Positions 36,905 through 49,430 of a DNA stretch of 64,000 bases are shown here, piece by piece. The stretch's first letter is position 1; every line of letters starts with the position of its first letter. Below the pieces are notes generated by a model that did no database searches, had not been told where the DNA came from, and saw only the letters and a list, made by a program, of their open reading frames with translations. Both the position numbers and the translations under genes were made by a program. Source of the stretch: Microthyrium microscopicum (lineage: Eukaryota); assembly GCA_010405405.1 (NCBI GenBank), contig MU004236.1, forward strand, positions 1,432,070-1,496,069, read 5' to 3'.

Positions 36905-37129
36905 TTCGAGCTTGGATTCAACCAGAATCTATTGGGGATGAAAGAGCATTGCGGTAATTGATAGTGACACAAACCAGACACACTTTCGCTGTTTTCGAGG
37001 CGTTCAAGAAAGACGTGATATCGAAACTGATGAGGTCAATCGGCTTCTCGCACGGACGCTTCCCGAGCCGAGTCTAACAATTGAAGCTTCCATCGTTCCG
37101 ACACAGCGCCACGCGATCTAGCGCGTATC

Positions 37130-37137
37130 TGACGTCA
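37130..37137. promoter_or_regulatory. TGACGTCA (CRE/ATF-type palindrome) in the divergent DLD1 / 37242 intergenic region
   Basis: Exact 8-bp palindrome in a 337-bp divergent intergenic region. Confidence 0.3.
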
Positions 37138-37241
37138 TAGCTTTCCAACGATCAGTACTCAAAAGGGCAACTTCTCCACGAGATCAGTTCACGATCGCTA
37201 CAAGCACTACACAGATTCTATTCGCATTCCTCGACTTCAAG

Positions 37242-38039
37242 ATGGCCTGGCTAGGACTTGGAGTTTTCTACACCGGTGCCATTGTCGGCATCCCAGTCGT
37301 CACTGGGGTCGCGCAAGGTGTTCAACAACAGAAACAAGCCAACGCGGATGCTGCCAATCAAGATCGCATGATCAAGTTCTACATGGATGTATTCTGCGCG
37401 GCAGATTCAAAGTTCAAAGATGAGGTGCATGGCACTATGATAGTATTGAAACATGATAAGGTACGAAGGGCTCATGAGCATCAACAGTTATCATACTAAT
37501 TTCACATCTAGGTTTGGCTCGCACCAAAAGATCCTGAAACGTTACTACCATTACCATTAAAAGACGCTCCTGCTCCACATGCATTCGCTGGGTTCTATAT
37601 CCAGTACCCCGATGACGATAGAAGTCCAGCCCAGTTAGGCATGGTGTCAACCATTTCCGTAGACCCTCCAATGCTCAACTGGATATACGTCGACAAAAAT
37701 ACTTTTGAATTGCGATATGGCAATCGAAGCCAATCCATAGAGCATCTTGTCGGCCCTTGGGACTGGACCGAAGACGAGGTTGGTGTTACTCTTGATGGGT
37801 GGGAGGGTTTTGTCGTGGTAGAGGAGGAGGAAAAAGAGGACGGATTGAAATGGGCCCTGTATTATGACCAATGGGATGATGATTTTGGGAACGGCCGAAA
37901 AGTCGGTGGGAGGAATCGCCTACAATGCAGCCTGGAACGACGAGTACTCCCCGATGAGCTAAGGAAAGCACAAGAGCTAGCGGCCGAGAAGAAGATGCAG
38001 GTCAAGTCGTCCGGAGATCTCAAAACTCAATGGGGTTAG
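37242..38039 (+). CDS. Hypothetical fungal protein, probably conserved
   Basis: Two exons (intron 37461..37511); GMVSTISVDPPMLNWIYVD...YGNR...GPWDWT...GWEGFV looks like a conserved globular domain. Confidence 0.8.
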
Positions 38040-38076
38040 GACGTCGAACAGCCCATTCTCCCGCATACACTAGTAA

Positions 38077-38835
38077 TCATGGAAGGCCAACAGAGGCGAC
38101 CTCAGTATATGCCTCTTTCACCAGGACTCCACGCTCAAAGGTCTTCTTCGCACCCATTTCGCAAATCGCAATCTTTTCCACTCGATATCCTCCGGTCCAT
38201 TGGAAATCTTGGAATTGGGCCAAAAGCTGTGTAGCATCCAGGCCTTTCACCGTTCCGACTTCTTTCTTTGAGAACACTGTATTTATCACGGTGGCGTGGA
38301 GCTTCAGTGGACGATTCTCGTTCACAATAAAGCCCCGATTCATGAAGCTCTTTTGCAAAGCTTCGCAAAATGGCATAAGACGACTCGTGCTGTCTTTTGG
38401 GATTGCAAACAGAACGGAGGTGTCATTCGGTCGGCGCATTGGGGCAAGCGACTCCAGAGTGATGGTCAGTTCAGAGTTGTCATTTTGTGATGAAGTGGAA
38501 GGACAATCTGCCAACATCTTGGCCACGTCAAGAGTTTCTAGCAACGAGATGGCTTCCTGCAGTTTTCCAGGCTCGACCAAGCTCATCACTCCAAGCGTGA
38601 GATGCAACGTATCCAGCGGACGAATTGCGGTAGATGGTACCACGGCTGGAGCAGTGGCTGTCTGGTTGAGCTGGTCGACTTCCGCTCGAAAACGTGCTAT
38701 GGAGGCTTCTAACTGTGGTCTTGAGGCTCCAGTGACGAGTGGCAGACACAAGAAATGAGTAAGTCGCTCTCTGGGTGGCTGATTGCCGCCACGACTACCA
38801 CTTCCTCCACCACGAGTACCCCTGCCTCGCGACAT
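38077..38835 (-). CDS. 2H phosphoesterase, AKAP7/ASCC1-like
   Basis: LTHFLCLPL start, two HxT motifs (HLTLGV, HATVINT), RGG-rich N-terminus. Confidence 0.88.
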   Translation of the reverse strand: MSRGRGTRGGGSGSRGGNQPPRERLTHFLCLPLVTGASRPQLEASIARFRAEVDQLNQTATAPAVVPSTAIRPLDTLHLTLGVMSLVEPGKLQEAISLLETLDVAKMLADCPSTSSQNDNSELTITLESLAPMRRPNDTSVLFAIPKDSTSRLMPFCEALQKSFMNRGFIVNENRPLKLHATVINTVFSKKEVGTVKGLDATQLLAQFQDFQWTGGYRVEKIAICEMGAKKTFERGVLVKEAYTEVASVGLP

Positions 38836-39833
38836 TTTAATGCTGGAAAATGATCGACGTTCGTTGGCTGCGAATTGACATACAGAGACAGAGATACCAG
38901 CAGGCGAGTTTATTCGATCTAGTACACAAAATATAGATGGTTATGTGCGGAAGAGCTTGATGCGGGTCGAAGATCGGATGTGGTGCATAACAATTGCCAG
39001 AGTTTGTGGTTGAGCAAGGTGTCATGGACAAGCAATGTCCAAGTCGAGGTTATGCTTGCTTTGGTTACACGTGATGTGGGATAGCTACTAATGTATGTAC
39101 GTACATATAAACAGACATGTCTATGTTTGGTAGTCAAATCTGAAAGATTTCTTGGATTTCGTCGGAAGTCACGTATGCCTGATATTTGTGTTGTACAGCC
39201 AGGTGCACTGTACAATTATACCGAACTCATATTACTGGAGTGTGGTATTGATACAATCAGATTGCTGTCATCATCAATACACACTTCCCGGGTAAAATTA
39301 AGGGTACTCTTGAGTTTGTTTATGGGGATCGCACTCTCCAAATGAGGGTAAGAAACACATCAAACGATTTATTCTATCTGCCCCGTTGTACCCTACTAAA
39401 CGTATTGTCCAGCGGGACATCAATCACTGATGCGACATAAAATTGGATATAAGGAATTGGTTGAAATTCACTATTTGCATGCCATGAACTGTCCAAAGCG
39501 GGGATTTGCTTCTATGCCTGTCCACAAGTGCGGATTAATTGTGTTGCAAACAATGCAAGCAAAATAGGGGTACTGTTTGAAATCAATGAATCTGACAGGA
39601 AACGAATTGGGAAGGGAATGAGGCGAGACGTTCATCTATTGAAAGTCAAGACCATGATTAGAATTCTTCAATCTTTTGCAGGGAAACAATACGACTTGAC
39701 TGGAAGCCTCAGATCAATTCCGCATGCACGAAGTTGTCCTGGATCCTGGGAATCAGCATCGATGAACTTTGTTGCCTTTTGTGCCCATCCACAGTATCCG
39801 GCGAAAGTTGACCGAGATGCGGTAAATTCAATC

Positions 39834-40408
39834 CTAAGCAGAATCGCTGTAGAATTTCCTCAGCTCCTTTTCAACCTCGGTAAATTCTTGTTTGGCGCTG
39901 GCAATGGTCTTGTCCAGTTGGGATAGAAGCAAGCGCTCATCCGGCTCGTCGATTGTACCGCTCGTGTCTTTCTTGTCACCGTAATGTTGGATCTTTTCGC
40001 AGCTATCTCGCACCTTGACTAGACCCAGTGTCGCGGATGATCCTTTGAGGAAATGTCCCAGTTCTTTCAACTCGTTGAAGTCTTCGGCTTCTCTGTTCAC
40101 AACAAGAGCATTTGTTAGCCCAGTCCAAACTAGTAAACCACAACCAAACACAAGAGTATGGCATGTGAGTACTTACAAAGCAGTATCCATCTTCGCGAAG
40201 GTTTGATTTGCCTGATCAAAGAAGTCGAACACGATCCCTCTGCTGAATTCTCGATCGTCATCATCATCATCCATGTCGAGGATCTGGCCAAAGGTAGAGA
40301 CATCTACGAATCCCGTCCTATCGAGATCGGCGAGCTATGCAGGCCCCGTTAGCGAAACTGCGTCAAGCCTAAAGGTAGCCTCTCACCACATACTCTATCG
40401 GCGGGCAT
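39834..40408 (-). CDS. YPD1: Histidine phosphotransfer (HPt) protein
   Basis: TFGQILDMDDDDDDREFS, LGHFLKGSSATLGLVKVRDSCEKIQHYG; three exons; 5' end could extend further. Confidence 0.93.
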
Positions 40409-43335
40409 ATCGTCACTATCTTCTGTATAGTCCTCGGGGCCTGTATATCTCTCGTCTCCTTCCTCTTCCGGCGGCGGCTTGGGTAAATGGTTGTAGGCGC
40501 CTTCGATTGTTGCCTTGTTGGTACTGCTAAGGGCTTGTCCGGTTGACTTTGAAGAGGCGCGTGCCTCTTTTGACGAATCTATCGTTGTAGAGTGCTCGGG
40601 TGATGCGAGTTCAAGCCTTGGTGGGTGGTCAGTGAGAAATGCTTTTGGTGGTATTTGAATTAGTTGAGAAATATCATAGGAAAAGGTAGTCTAGCAAAGA
40701 TTTGGTGGAAAGCGCGCTTTGATGATTTCTCGTAGAAGGAGGGGCAATGAGGTCACTGCAAAGAGGTTGAGAAAACGGAAGGAAGCGATGAGCGTTGGGC
40801 CACAAGTTTCTCTAGACGTGCTCCGATGACGCCGAAGCAATGGTTGTAGCTTGAAGTTGCAAAGGAGGTGCAATCGACTTACCAAATAAGGCAGGCAAAG
40901 GCCTTTATTCTGGAAGAATGCAGTAGCAAAGGCTAAGTAGCAGCGGATAGGATCCCGAAAAGTTTTGGTGGGTCGAGAGGCTGAGATGATGGATGTTAAA
41001 GTATACTTTTATGCGCTTAGACTAGTAAGCAATGCAACTTTGTGCAACATTAACCAACCTACTGGCGCATGACCTATTGAACAATAATAGATGAGTGCTA
41101 GGATTGTGATTAGGGGGTAAGAGACGGTACAGGAGTATAGTGTGGGTAAAAGGAAAGACAAGTAGGTCTCACGAGCAAGGACTTCGGTTAGACCGGGGAA
41201 GCTCAAGCTCTCATCAAAATGTCGATGAAGTTACGTCTTCAGGCACGGATAGTTCATTCTTCATCCCTACTACTAGTCTACTACTAGTAATACTACATAA
41301 CCTGTTACCTACATAGATAGCACACGCCCTGGGTACTAGGACTCCAGATTCTGCTGATGTATTGGCTCCGGTATATTGGTCTGGAGTGTTCATTGATCGT
41401 GAAGAGCAACAAGGCTGAGAATTTGAAGTGTGGTATGGCGTAAGGGTCCTTAGGAAACCGCAATGATAGACAGATCAGCGAGACAGATGTAGGTACGTGG
41501 GTTCGGAGAGAAATCCGACAGTGCAGGATTGGTCAGTATACGAACGCGGTGGCATTGGTTGGACTACTCGTTGAAGATTTCCCAGTTGGGTGCTGCGTGG
41601 CTGCGTTTCATTCCGACTTCTCATCGTGCTGCGGGATTAGCTTCTGCGAATTTGTACCTTCGGATAGATTAGTTGGTAGTTTTCTTTTTGTTTGTGCAGT
41701 ATTAGGTACTAGTACTAGCTGTCGTTAGCTGTGGACCCTGTGGGCGTCTTGAGGTCTCCACCTTACTCCATCCATTGTTATATCAAAATTATGCCGCAAG
41801 ATTCTACTGTGCTATTGTACTTCGAAGCGCTTGAGATTGGCCCCTTACTTTCCCATATTGATAAACTTCCCCAATGAAACATTGATTAGATATATGAATA
41901 CTTATCAAAAACCTTGTGATCATCAGAATGGAACAGATATACGAGATCTAAATTTTTCTGCAGTGTGAAGACTCCGCGATATTAGCGCCACTGACGTTGG
42001 AATAGCGTGCCAAACATGCACTGGGAGTCCCAGGGAGCCGGTTGCAGCACACATGTTTCGCTGATCTCCTACACATGCTTATTGGTGTTTCTGGGGAACA
42101 ATTCTGCAGGTTGGGTATCCCTAAGCGATGTCGCCCTGTCGCTACTGGACTGCAGCATCCGACGCCTGCGAAAACCACCCTGACATGATGCATTTTGATG
42201 TCATGGTGGGGCCAGATGGAAGAGTCTCTGTCAGATTGATAAAGATATGAGCAGCGAGCAGATGGTAAGAACTTGCTACCAGTACAAGTATTTACTATCA
42301 AAGAGTAAATGATATAGCTCTAGCAATTAGCTTAATCTGCCCCTCAACCCAAGGTACAAGTAATTTTAGCTATAATTTGGACGGATTCAACCACATGTCG
42401 TTAAAGGATTATAATGCCGTGCGTTGGTGACAAGCGCAGTCAAAAGGGACTCAACAACCTCAAATCGTCATTTCACTAAAGATTTAATGGTGGGATGCGA
42501 TCCAGAGATCCATGCAGCCGCAATTGTAATCATACGACATGTCTTTATAGCGGTGAAACTCACAGTGTTCTGGGCCCAAGTTCGACCAGAAGATCAACAC
42601 TTTTACACCTCTTTTGAATGCAGAGATTGCCCTCTTTGGCCAGCCGTCAACCACAAAAGTGCGCGCCAAGATCTGTAGACGACTGGCATTCTTCTTGTGG
42701 GGAAAGATCGTCGGTTTATGTCTTGAAGTTTGTCATCATTGGCTTGTTAGAAGGCAGTCCACATGGTTTTTCAGCTGGGAGTGTCGCGCGGATGCGGTTC
42801 CACGTGGAATATTTACCCTTTTCGCTGACATAGCTACGATTGGTAGGGAGTCTTGTTATCCCGGACATCTCGCAGTTATTGTTGCAGGGCATGGGCCGGC
42901 TCTGTTAATCTTTGGGGAAGAGTGCGCAGGACGGTAAGCGAGTACCGAACCTTATGTGATTTAATGCTTCGTCTAGTCCTGTTACAACTCGGTGTTTACT
43001 CCGGCGCATAGTGGTTGTCGATGGAGCTAAGCTAAACAGATGAAAGAAATGGCCATTAGTCGTCGGAATTAGTTCCGACGTGAACTGGGTTACAAGTCGC
43101 AGAGCCTCATTCCGTGCTTGTGGAGCTGGTTGCTGGCGTGTCCAATATAAAGTGGAAGTATGAACGAGCTGTTCACTTGATTGCGGTACTATCCAACATC
43201 TATAGGTTATTAGTTCATTGCTTTTCTGCTGCGCTCGCTAGTTTTCTGCTTTGCCCGCTTGAGATCTATAGCTAGTATTATATACACTACGCTCAAACAC
43301 TGATTCGCACATCTACCAAACCAAAACAGCGTCGC

Positions 43336-44870
43336 TTAACCGGTGATCTTGTAAATTGCCTCTGCAAGTCGCTTGACGTTGCCAGATGTGATACCAGCAA
43401 CCGAAATACGACCGTCTTTAGTAGCGTAGACGGAGTGTTCCGTTGCGAGTTTATCCATCTGAGCAGCATCCAAGCCAGTGTAGGCAAACATGCCAATCTG
43501 ACTGGTGATGTGGCTCCAGTCCTTCTTGCTGCCAAGCTTTTCGAGATTCTCCTTTAGCAGGGCGCGCATGGTGATGATTCGGTCGGCCATTCCCTTTACC
43601 TCTCCAAGCCACTGCTTGTTGAGGGCGGGATCGTTGAGCACAGCAGATGCAATCCGTGCACCATGGATAGGTGGGTTGGAATACATTGGACGAACGAGAA
43701 TCTTGATCTGCGAATCAACTCGCTTCTTCTCTTCGACGGACTCGCAGACGATGGAGAAGGCTCCACAGCGCTCGCCGTACAGACCCTGTTGAGTTAGCTA
43801 GAACTCGATCGAGTTAAAGGCCGATACGAACCATGTTCTTAGCGAACGATTGAGCCAGGCAGGGGTTGTGGCCTTCCTTAATGAAATGTCGCAAAGCAAA
43901 TGCATCGTAATCGGTATCACCACTTGCAAAACCTTGGTAGGCCATATCGAAAAAGGCGTAGTGACCACCCTCTTTCATAGCATCGCTGATCTGCACCCAT
44001 TGATCTTGGGTAGGATCAACACCAGTTGGATTATGAGCACAAGCATGGAGGAGTACAATACTTCCCTTTGGCATCGCCTTGATATCCTTGAGCATGCCAT
44101 TGATATCGAGTCCAATGGTCTTCTTGTCATAATAGCTGTATTTCTCGACCTTGAGACCAGAATCTTTGAAAACGGCAGCATGATTTGCCCAGCTTGGATT
44201 TGGAATGTAGATGGTCTTTGAACCAGGGAAGAAGCGTTCGAGGAAAACACCACCAATACGAAGGGCACCAGTTCCAGAGATGGACTGTGTGATAGCGATG
44301 CGGTCGTCTTTGATGGCAGACGAGTCGGCACCATAGGCTAGAACTGCTGCAGCTTTGGTGAAAGCTGGAACACCAGTGATTCCTGCATATTCCTTGTCGG
44401 CACCACCCTCGATGATCTTCTTCTCTGCGGCCTTGACGGATGGAAGAACGTATGGCTTTCCCTTGTCATCGCGGTATGCGCCAACACCTGATTGTATCTT
44501 AATATCGATGGACTAGTATGCGACAGGGAGGTTTACGAACCAAGGTTGATTTTTTCGCCGTTGGAGTCGGCTTTGAAAGCTTCGGTGATACCTATAATAT
44601 ACCAATTAGCACGTGTCAGGGAGTACAATTTTGGGCATCTTACCAAGAATGGCCTATTGATAGCACAGAACGTGAACAAATGATCAATTGAGCTGTAGAC
44701 TATATTACTTACATCCTACTGACTTGTTAGACACTGAATCTTAGCTGGCAAAGACAACATACTGGGGGACCTTGAGGGACATTTGCCCATGTGGAAGCAG
44801 CTCTCAAAGCACCAGCAGAGCGCAAGGGACGGGCCGCTATATGGCGGAGAAGGGAGCGTGATGCAAGCAT
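43336..44870 (-). CDS. AAT1: Mitochondrial aspartate aminotransferase
   Basis: Presequence [10 protein letters not shown]..., [14 protein letters not shown] (via microexons), [43 protein letters not shown] (PLP Lys), DGRISVAG. Confidence 0.95.
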
Positions 44871-45341
44871 AGTGGATCTTGCGGTTGTTGATCAGGCGGA
44901 AGAAGGTTACCGACGAAGAAGAGGATCAGATGTTTGATTATAGAGGAGAGAAAAAAGGACAGTTTGCGCTATATTTGAGCAGCGAGCTAAGGTACTAGAT
45001 AAACCTGGAGTAGAATCTGGAGGTTTTTTTCGGAACCGCAATGGCCAATGCACCTTGACAAACGTCCTAAAGCCCGGTTTAATACAGCAATGTCATTTTC
45101 TACTTCTTGTTCTAATTTCGCAAGAACATTTGATTCTTAAGCTATTGTCAAGATCTTAACTTTTTTAAAATGATGCAGAGAAAAAGTATGTAAGCGTGCC
45201 TCACGATTTCGCCCGCAAGGCCATCCATGGATCTCGTGTAAACGCGCGGACCGCGCATATAAATCTCCAAATCTTTAATTCCTGTCATCTCGCCTCCATT
45301 TCCCCTAAACCATACAACTATTTCTGCGCGTCCGCATTGCC

Positions 45342-47447
45342 ATGAAAACTGACCTCTTCAGGGCCTTGACGCTTGCTAGACGGGAAGTCCTGCCTTTCGG
45401 ACCCTCATATCATACGGCGTTTCGATTTCGATTATTGCCTGCAGCTCGAGTTTCCTCTCCTTTCTCCACTCTATCACCATGGCGCAATCAGGTACATACA
45501 TCGAGTCCTATAATACCTGATCTCGACAATGCAACGGCTCTACCAGTAAAGTCTCCCAAACACAAAGAGCTGCCGGTCAATTGTCCAGGATGTGGCGCAT
45601 ACACTCAAGCAGAACAGAAAGATGAAGCTGGATTTTACAGCCTCACGCGAGGTGCAGTACAACTGTACAGGACCCAGGACTTTGAGGAGGCTGTCTACCA
45701 GAAAGCTTTGAGCAATCTGTCTCCAGAGGCGGCGAAAGCCGTCGGAATTGACAATGCTCTGGCAGATCAAGCACTTCCTCCGTCACCGAAAACCGCCATT
45801 CAGCCTCCCTATTGCGACCGATGCCACAATCTGGTAAATCACAGTATAGGCGAGCCAATCGTCCATCCGCCCGTAAAAGCAATCGAAGAAACTATATCCG
45901 AATCGCCGCATAAGTCAAATCACATCTGGCACGTTATCGATGCTGCCGACTTTCCTCAATCCCTCATCCTCAACATCGACAAACGAATCGCACATGCACA
46001 TCTCAGAACACGTAATCGGCGCTCCAAAGACAAGAAATTTGTAAAAGGTGGTCTGGTGGATATGAATTTCATCATTACACGCTCAGATCTGCTTGCACCC
46101 AAGAAAGAGCAGGTTGACCGGCTGGTTCCGAAGCTGAGAGAAATACTCCGAGAAAAGCTAGGCTTGTCGGGGAGAAACGTGCGAATGGGTAACCTCCATG
46201 TTGTCAGCGCAGAACGAGGTTGGTGGACAAAAGACGTCAAGGAACAGATTGCATTGTCAAATGGCGCGAATTGGCTCGTGGGAAGAGTTAATGTGGGAAA
46301 GAGCAAGCTTTTTGAGAGTATATTCCCCAAAGGCACCAATCGCGAGGTCAATCAAAGCAAACGACAAAAGGAAATATTGTTAGACTCTCCTGTCGATGAT
46401 GAGGAACTGCTCAATGCAGCGGTGGCACAGAACGGGCCAAGAACACATCAGAAGCACCCCGCCGAGTTTGCTGATGCAGAAGGTGAACAAGAACCTGAAG
46501 AGGGACAGTCCGCAGACGAAGCCGATTCTCAGCCTCACTTGGGCAAAAGGTTTTCTCTTTTACCTCCAGCCCAAGTGGCCGCACAATATCCGATGATGCC
46601 CATTATATCAGGGCTACCAGGTACCACTGCTTCGCCTATCCGAGTACCATTTCGAGATGGCAGAGGCGAGCTCATTGACCTTCCTGGGGTCCAAAGGCCA
46701 TCGCTCGAGCTATATGTTCACCCAAATGAGCAATCAAAGCTGATAATGACAAGCCGAGTCACACCGGAACGTATTGTGATGAAGCCAGGCACATCAGTTC
46801 TCTTAGGAGGCTTAATTCGTATCAAGCCAATCTCGCCTGACACTATAATTATGGCTCATTCTTTCACACCACTCCCACCACATAAAACTTCAAACGAAAA
46901 GGCTGAGCAAATTCACAATGGTCAACTCCATGCCAACATCAAATCAATGGCACTCCGCAGCGAGCTCAGCAAAATGGCTTCTGCAGGCATATACAAGCTT
47001 AACACCGATGTGACGCGATCCTACACGGGAGCGCTCACTCGGCGCGATGGCGTCGGCCTGAAACCCGAACGACTACCATTTGTGATGTATGGCACAGATA
47101 TTCTGATCGAAGGTGTTGGCTGGGTAGAACTACTGGCCCAAGTTCGCAAACCCAAAAATACAGCAGTGCGACGACAGCTCATCCCAGCGAGCCAGGAGAT
47201 GCTGGACCTTGAGATGACTGCAAGCGATACGCCTCCGGAAGAAATAGTGGCGCCTACCACATCTCCGTTCCCTGAGGTCGAAGTTTTCAGTCCTGAGGGC
47301 AAGTATATTGCACAAAGGACATCACTTTGTGCCTTTGCTTTGGGAGGACCACTGCAGAAGAAGGTTGCAGCTAGACCGCGGCGAAGTATGAAGAGTGTCA
47401 AGAGTCAACGGAGACCACAAGAGAAATTCAAGCCTATCCGGAGGTAA
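45342..47447 (+). CDS. GEP3: Mitochondrial circularly permuted GTPase (YqeH/NOA1-like)
   Basis: CPGC...CDRC Zn site, IDAADFP, TRSD (G4), VSAE (G5), GRVNVGKS (G1), PGTT (G2), DLPG (G3). Confidence 0.88.
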   Translation: MKTDLFRALTLARREVLPFGPSYHTAFRFRLLPAARVSSPFSTLSPWRNQVHTSSPIIPDLDNATALPVKSPKHKELPVNCPGCGAYTQAEQKDEAGFYSLTRGAVQLYRTQDFEEAVYQKALSNLSPEAAKAVGIDNALADQALPPSPKTAIQPPYCDRCHNLVNHSIGEPIVHPPVKAIEETISESPHKSNHIWHVIDAADFPQSLILNIDKRIAHAHLRTRNRRSKDKKFVKGGLVDMNFIITRSDLLAPKKEQVDRLVPKLREILREKLGLSGRNVRMGNLHVVSAERGWWTKDVKEQIALSNGANWLVGRVNVGKSKLFESIFPKGTNREVNQSKRQKEILLDSPVDDEELLNAAVAQNGPRTHQKHPAEFADAEGEQEPEEGQSADEADSQPHLGKRFSLLPPAQVAAQYPMMPIISGLPGTTASPIRVPFRDGRGELIDLPGVQRPSLELYVHPNEQSKLIMTSRVTPERIVMKPGTSVLLGGLIRIKPISPDTIIMAHSFTPLPPHKTSNEKAEQIHNGQLHANIKSMALRSELSKMASAGIYKLNTDVTRSYTGALTRRDGVGLKPERLPFVMYGTDILIEGVGWVELLAQVRKPKNTAVRRQLIPASQEMLDLEMTASDTPPEEIVAPTTSPFPEVEVFSPEGKYIAQRTSLCAFALGGPLQKKVAARPRRSMKSVKSQRRPQEKFKPIRR

Positions 47448-48533
47448 CGAGTAGCACTGGATGGTGACTCGACGCTCTTGGAAAATGTTCGCATTCAATG
47501 ATACCCCACTTTTGGAAATATTTTGGTTGATCAGCGATGTAGAAATACTTAGTCACTTCTCGAGATACTGGAGCGACTGTACCAATACGACTGTTGTACC
47601 AATATGACTACAATCCTGATTTGTTAAGCAACTGAAATCGCTACCATCTAAGGGTGTCTACAGACTACTGTTTGCTCGTTTTCATCCCTCATTGCTCAAG
47701 GTGTATTACTCTCAATACAACTACCACAAACAGGTTGCGTGACAATGGGACCGAAATTGAAGTTATCGACATATATACAACAAGAACATGGAACCGAATC
47801 AGGCTGTTGTGAGCCAAAGCCTCCGCGGACAAGCTACATGGCGAGGCTTCATGGTGATACAAGTGAGTTCATTCTAGCCTTGGAGTAATCTCTAGCTTGT
47901 GTGCTCTCTATACATTTCTGAGCAAGTACCGCTACTAATTATCATTAGAGAAACCAGTAAGGCTCTCTTAAATGTCAAGTGGTCGTTTGTCCTTTTCAGT
48001 ATCCACACTGTTACAAGATATCCGCCATATCCTCTATATATCATGCTTCTCCAAGTACACGTTCAGACTGGATCGAATATAAGCACGACTCAGTCTAATT
48101 TCTCTTGGTACAATGGTACAGCCGGGACCGAGAATCTTCTAATGCAAGTGCAACAAGAAAGATACGATAAGTTTGGTACTGGTGGGATGAATGCGTTAGG
48201 TAAGTATCGAAACCATCCATTGGTCTCTGGGAAGACCACAATGCTCCCAATATTTTGATGCTCCCAACTCTCAAGTCCAGAGCACCTTCCTCGCACGACA
48301 ATCGAAAACGCGTAGCTCTTCACACACTCAGCGCATGCTTGCCAATTCACAGTCTTTGCGATAAAACAAGCAGTTGCGACTTTCATCTATCTTCCCAGCC
48401 CAATCAAACAGTTGCATCTTCGATTCTTCTTACACACTTCGCCCTCCAGTCAACACTTTCCATCTCCTACTACCAGACAACTATCATTCCAATTGCACTC
48501 ACCATCACATACAAACTCCTTCTTTTAGATACA

Positions 48534-49430
48534 ATGGCCGAAAAGAGCAGCTCGAACCCCTCCTGCCCGTTTCTCAACCCCTTCTGTAAACCACCCACTG
48601 ACCTATGTACCGACTGCGCATTAAATCAAATCATCATCCCACCCGCCAGCCCACGCCCGAAACCTATCTCTGAACCAGTCATTCCCTCGGAAAACCAGAA
48701 TTCCCCGCGTCAGGATCCCTCGCAGACAATTCCTCAACGGCAGGGCCCCTCACGTCTCCCTAATGGCCGCGCTCCACCCTTCCCACCCGGCCTCGACCCC
48801 AACCAACGACGTCCACCTCCCAGTGCACCGCAACCTAGTACACCACCATCCAACGTGCCGCTGTCCAGCGTCCCACAGCATCCACACTGGTCCTATATGC
48901 CTGAAGGGGGTTTCGCAAATCAACTACGCATTATGCAGCGCTCACACGTGTATCGTGTCAGCTCGGGTAGTCTTGCGTACCAAACGCCGGTGGGCATTCC
49001 GCATGGTTTCTGGGTTCAGCGTTTAAAGCATGCGCGGGCGTATTTGCAGTGGGAGAGGCCTGATGTACAATTGCGGGGTCCATGGGGTAGGCCACCGGGA
49101 AACAGTAGTGACGGCAAGAATGCTGGTAGCGAAGAGCAAATAGATCCAGATGACGAGGACGAGAGGTGGGATGGGCGAAGCGATAGTTCCGTTGCGGACG
49201 ATGAGGATTTATTGATGCAGGATTGTTCGTCGGATGAGGGGGTTGACGAGAAGGATAGTCCTGAAACCGAGGAAGATAACTTGGAGACCGACGGAGGAGG
49301 ACAAGGACGGGAGGTGGAGAGCGGTATTGCTACTGGAATGGAGGTTGATCCTGCGGTGGTGGCTCAAACGACGATGGCAGTCATGGATGCTGGCAAAGAC
49401 GGATTGGAAGAGGAGGAAGAGGAGCTATAG
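48534..49430 (+). CDS. Hypothetical protein, Cys-rich N-terminus, Pro-rich middle, acidic C-terminus
   Basis: ATG in good context (acaATGG) within a long ORF; no family recognised. Confidence 0.6.
   Translation: MAEKSSSNPSCPFLNPFCKPPTDLCTDCALNQIIIPPASPRPKPISEPVIPSENQNSPRQDPSQTIPQRQGPSRLPNGRAPPFPPGLDPNQRRPPPSAPQPSTPPSNVPLSSVPQHPHWSYMPEGGFANQLRIMQRSHVYRVSSGSLAYQTPVGIPHGFWVQRLKHARAYLQWERPDVQLRGPWGRPPGNSSDGKNAGSEEQIDPDDEDERWDGRSDSSVADDEDLLMQDCSSDEGVDEKDSPETEEDNLETDGGGQGREVESGIATGMEVDPAVVAQTTMAVMDAGKDGLEEEEEEL

Noticed and set aside
38030..38758. 242-aa plus-strand ORF and similar long antisense ORFs (35483..36016, 53296..53964)
   Set aside because: Shadow ORFs antisense to well-supported genes
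42424..42937. Cys-containing short ORFs on both strands
   Set aside because: No recognisable motif or consistent splice model; a minus-strand frame with in-frame stops may be a pseudogene but cannot be supported
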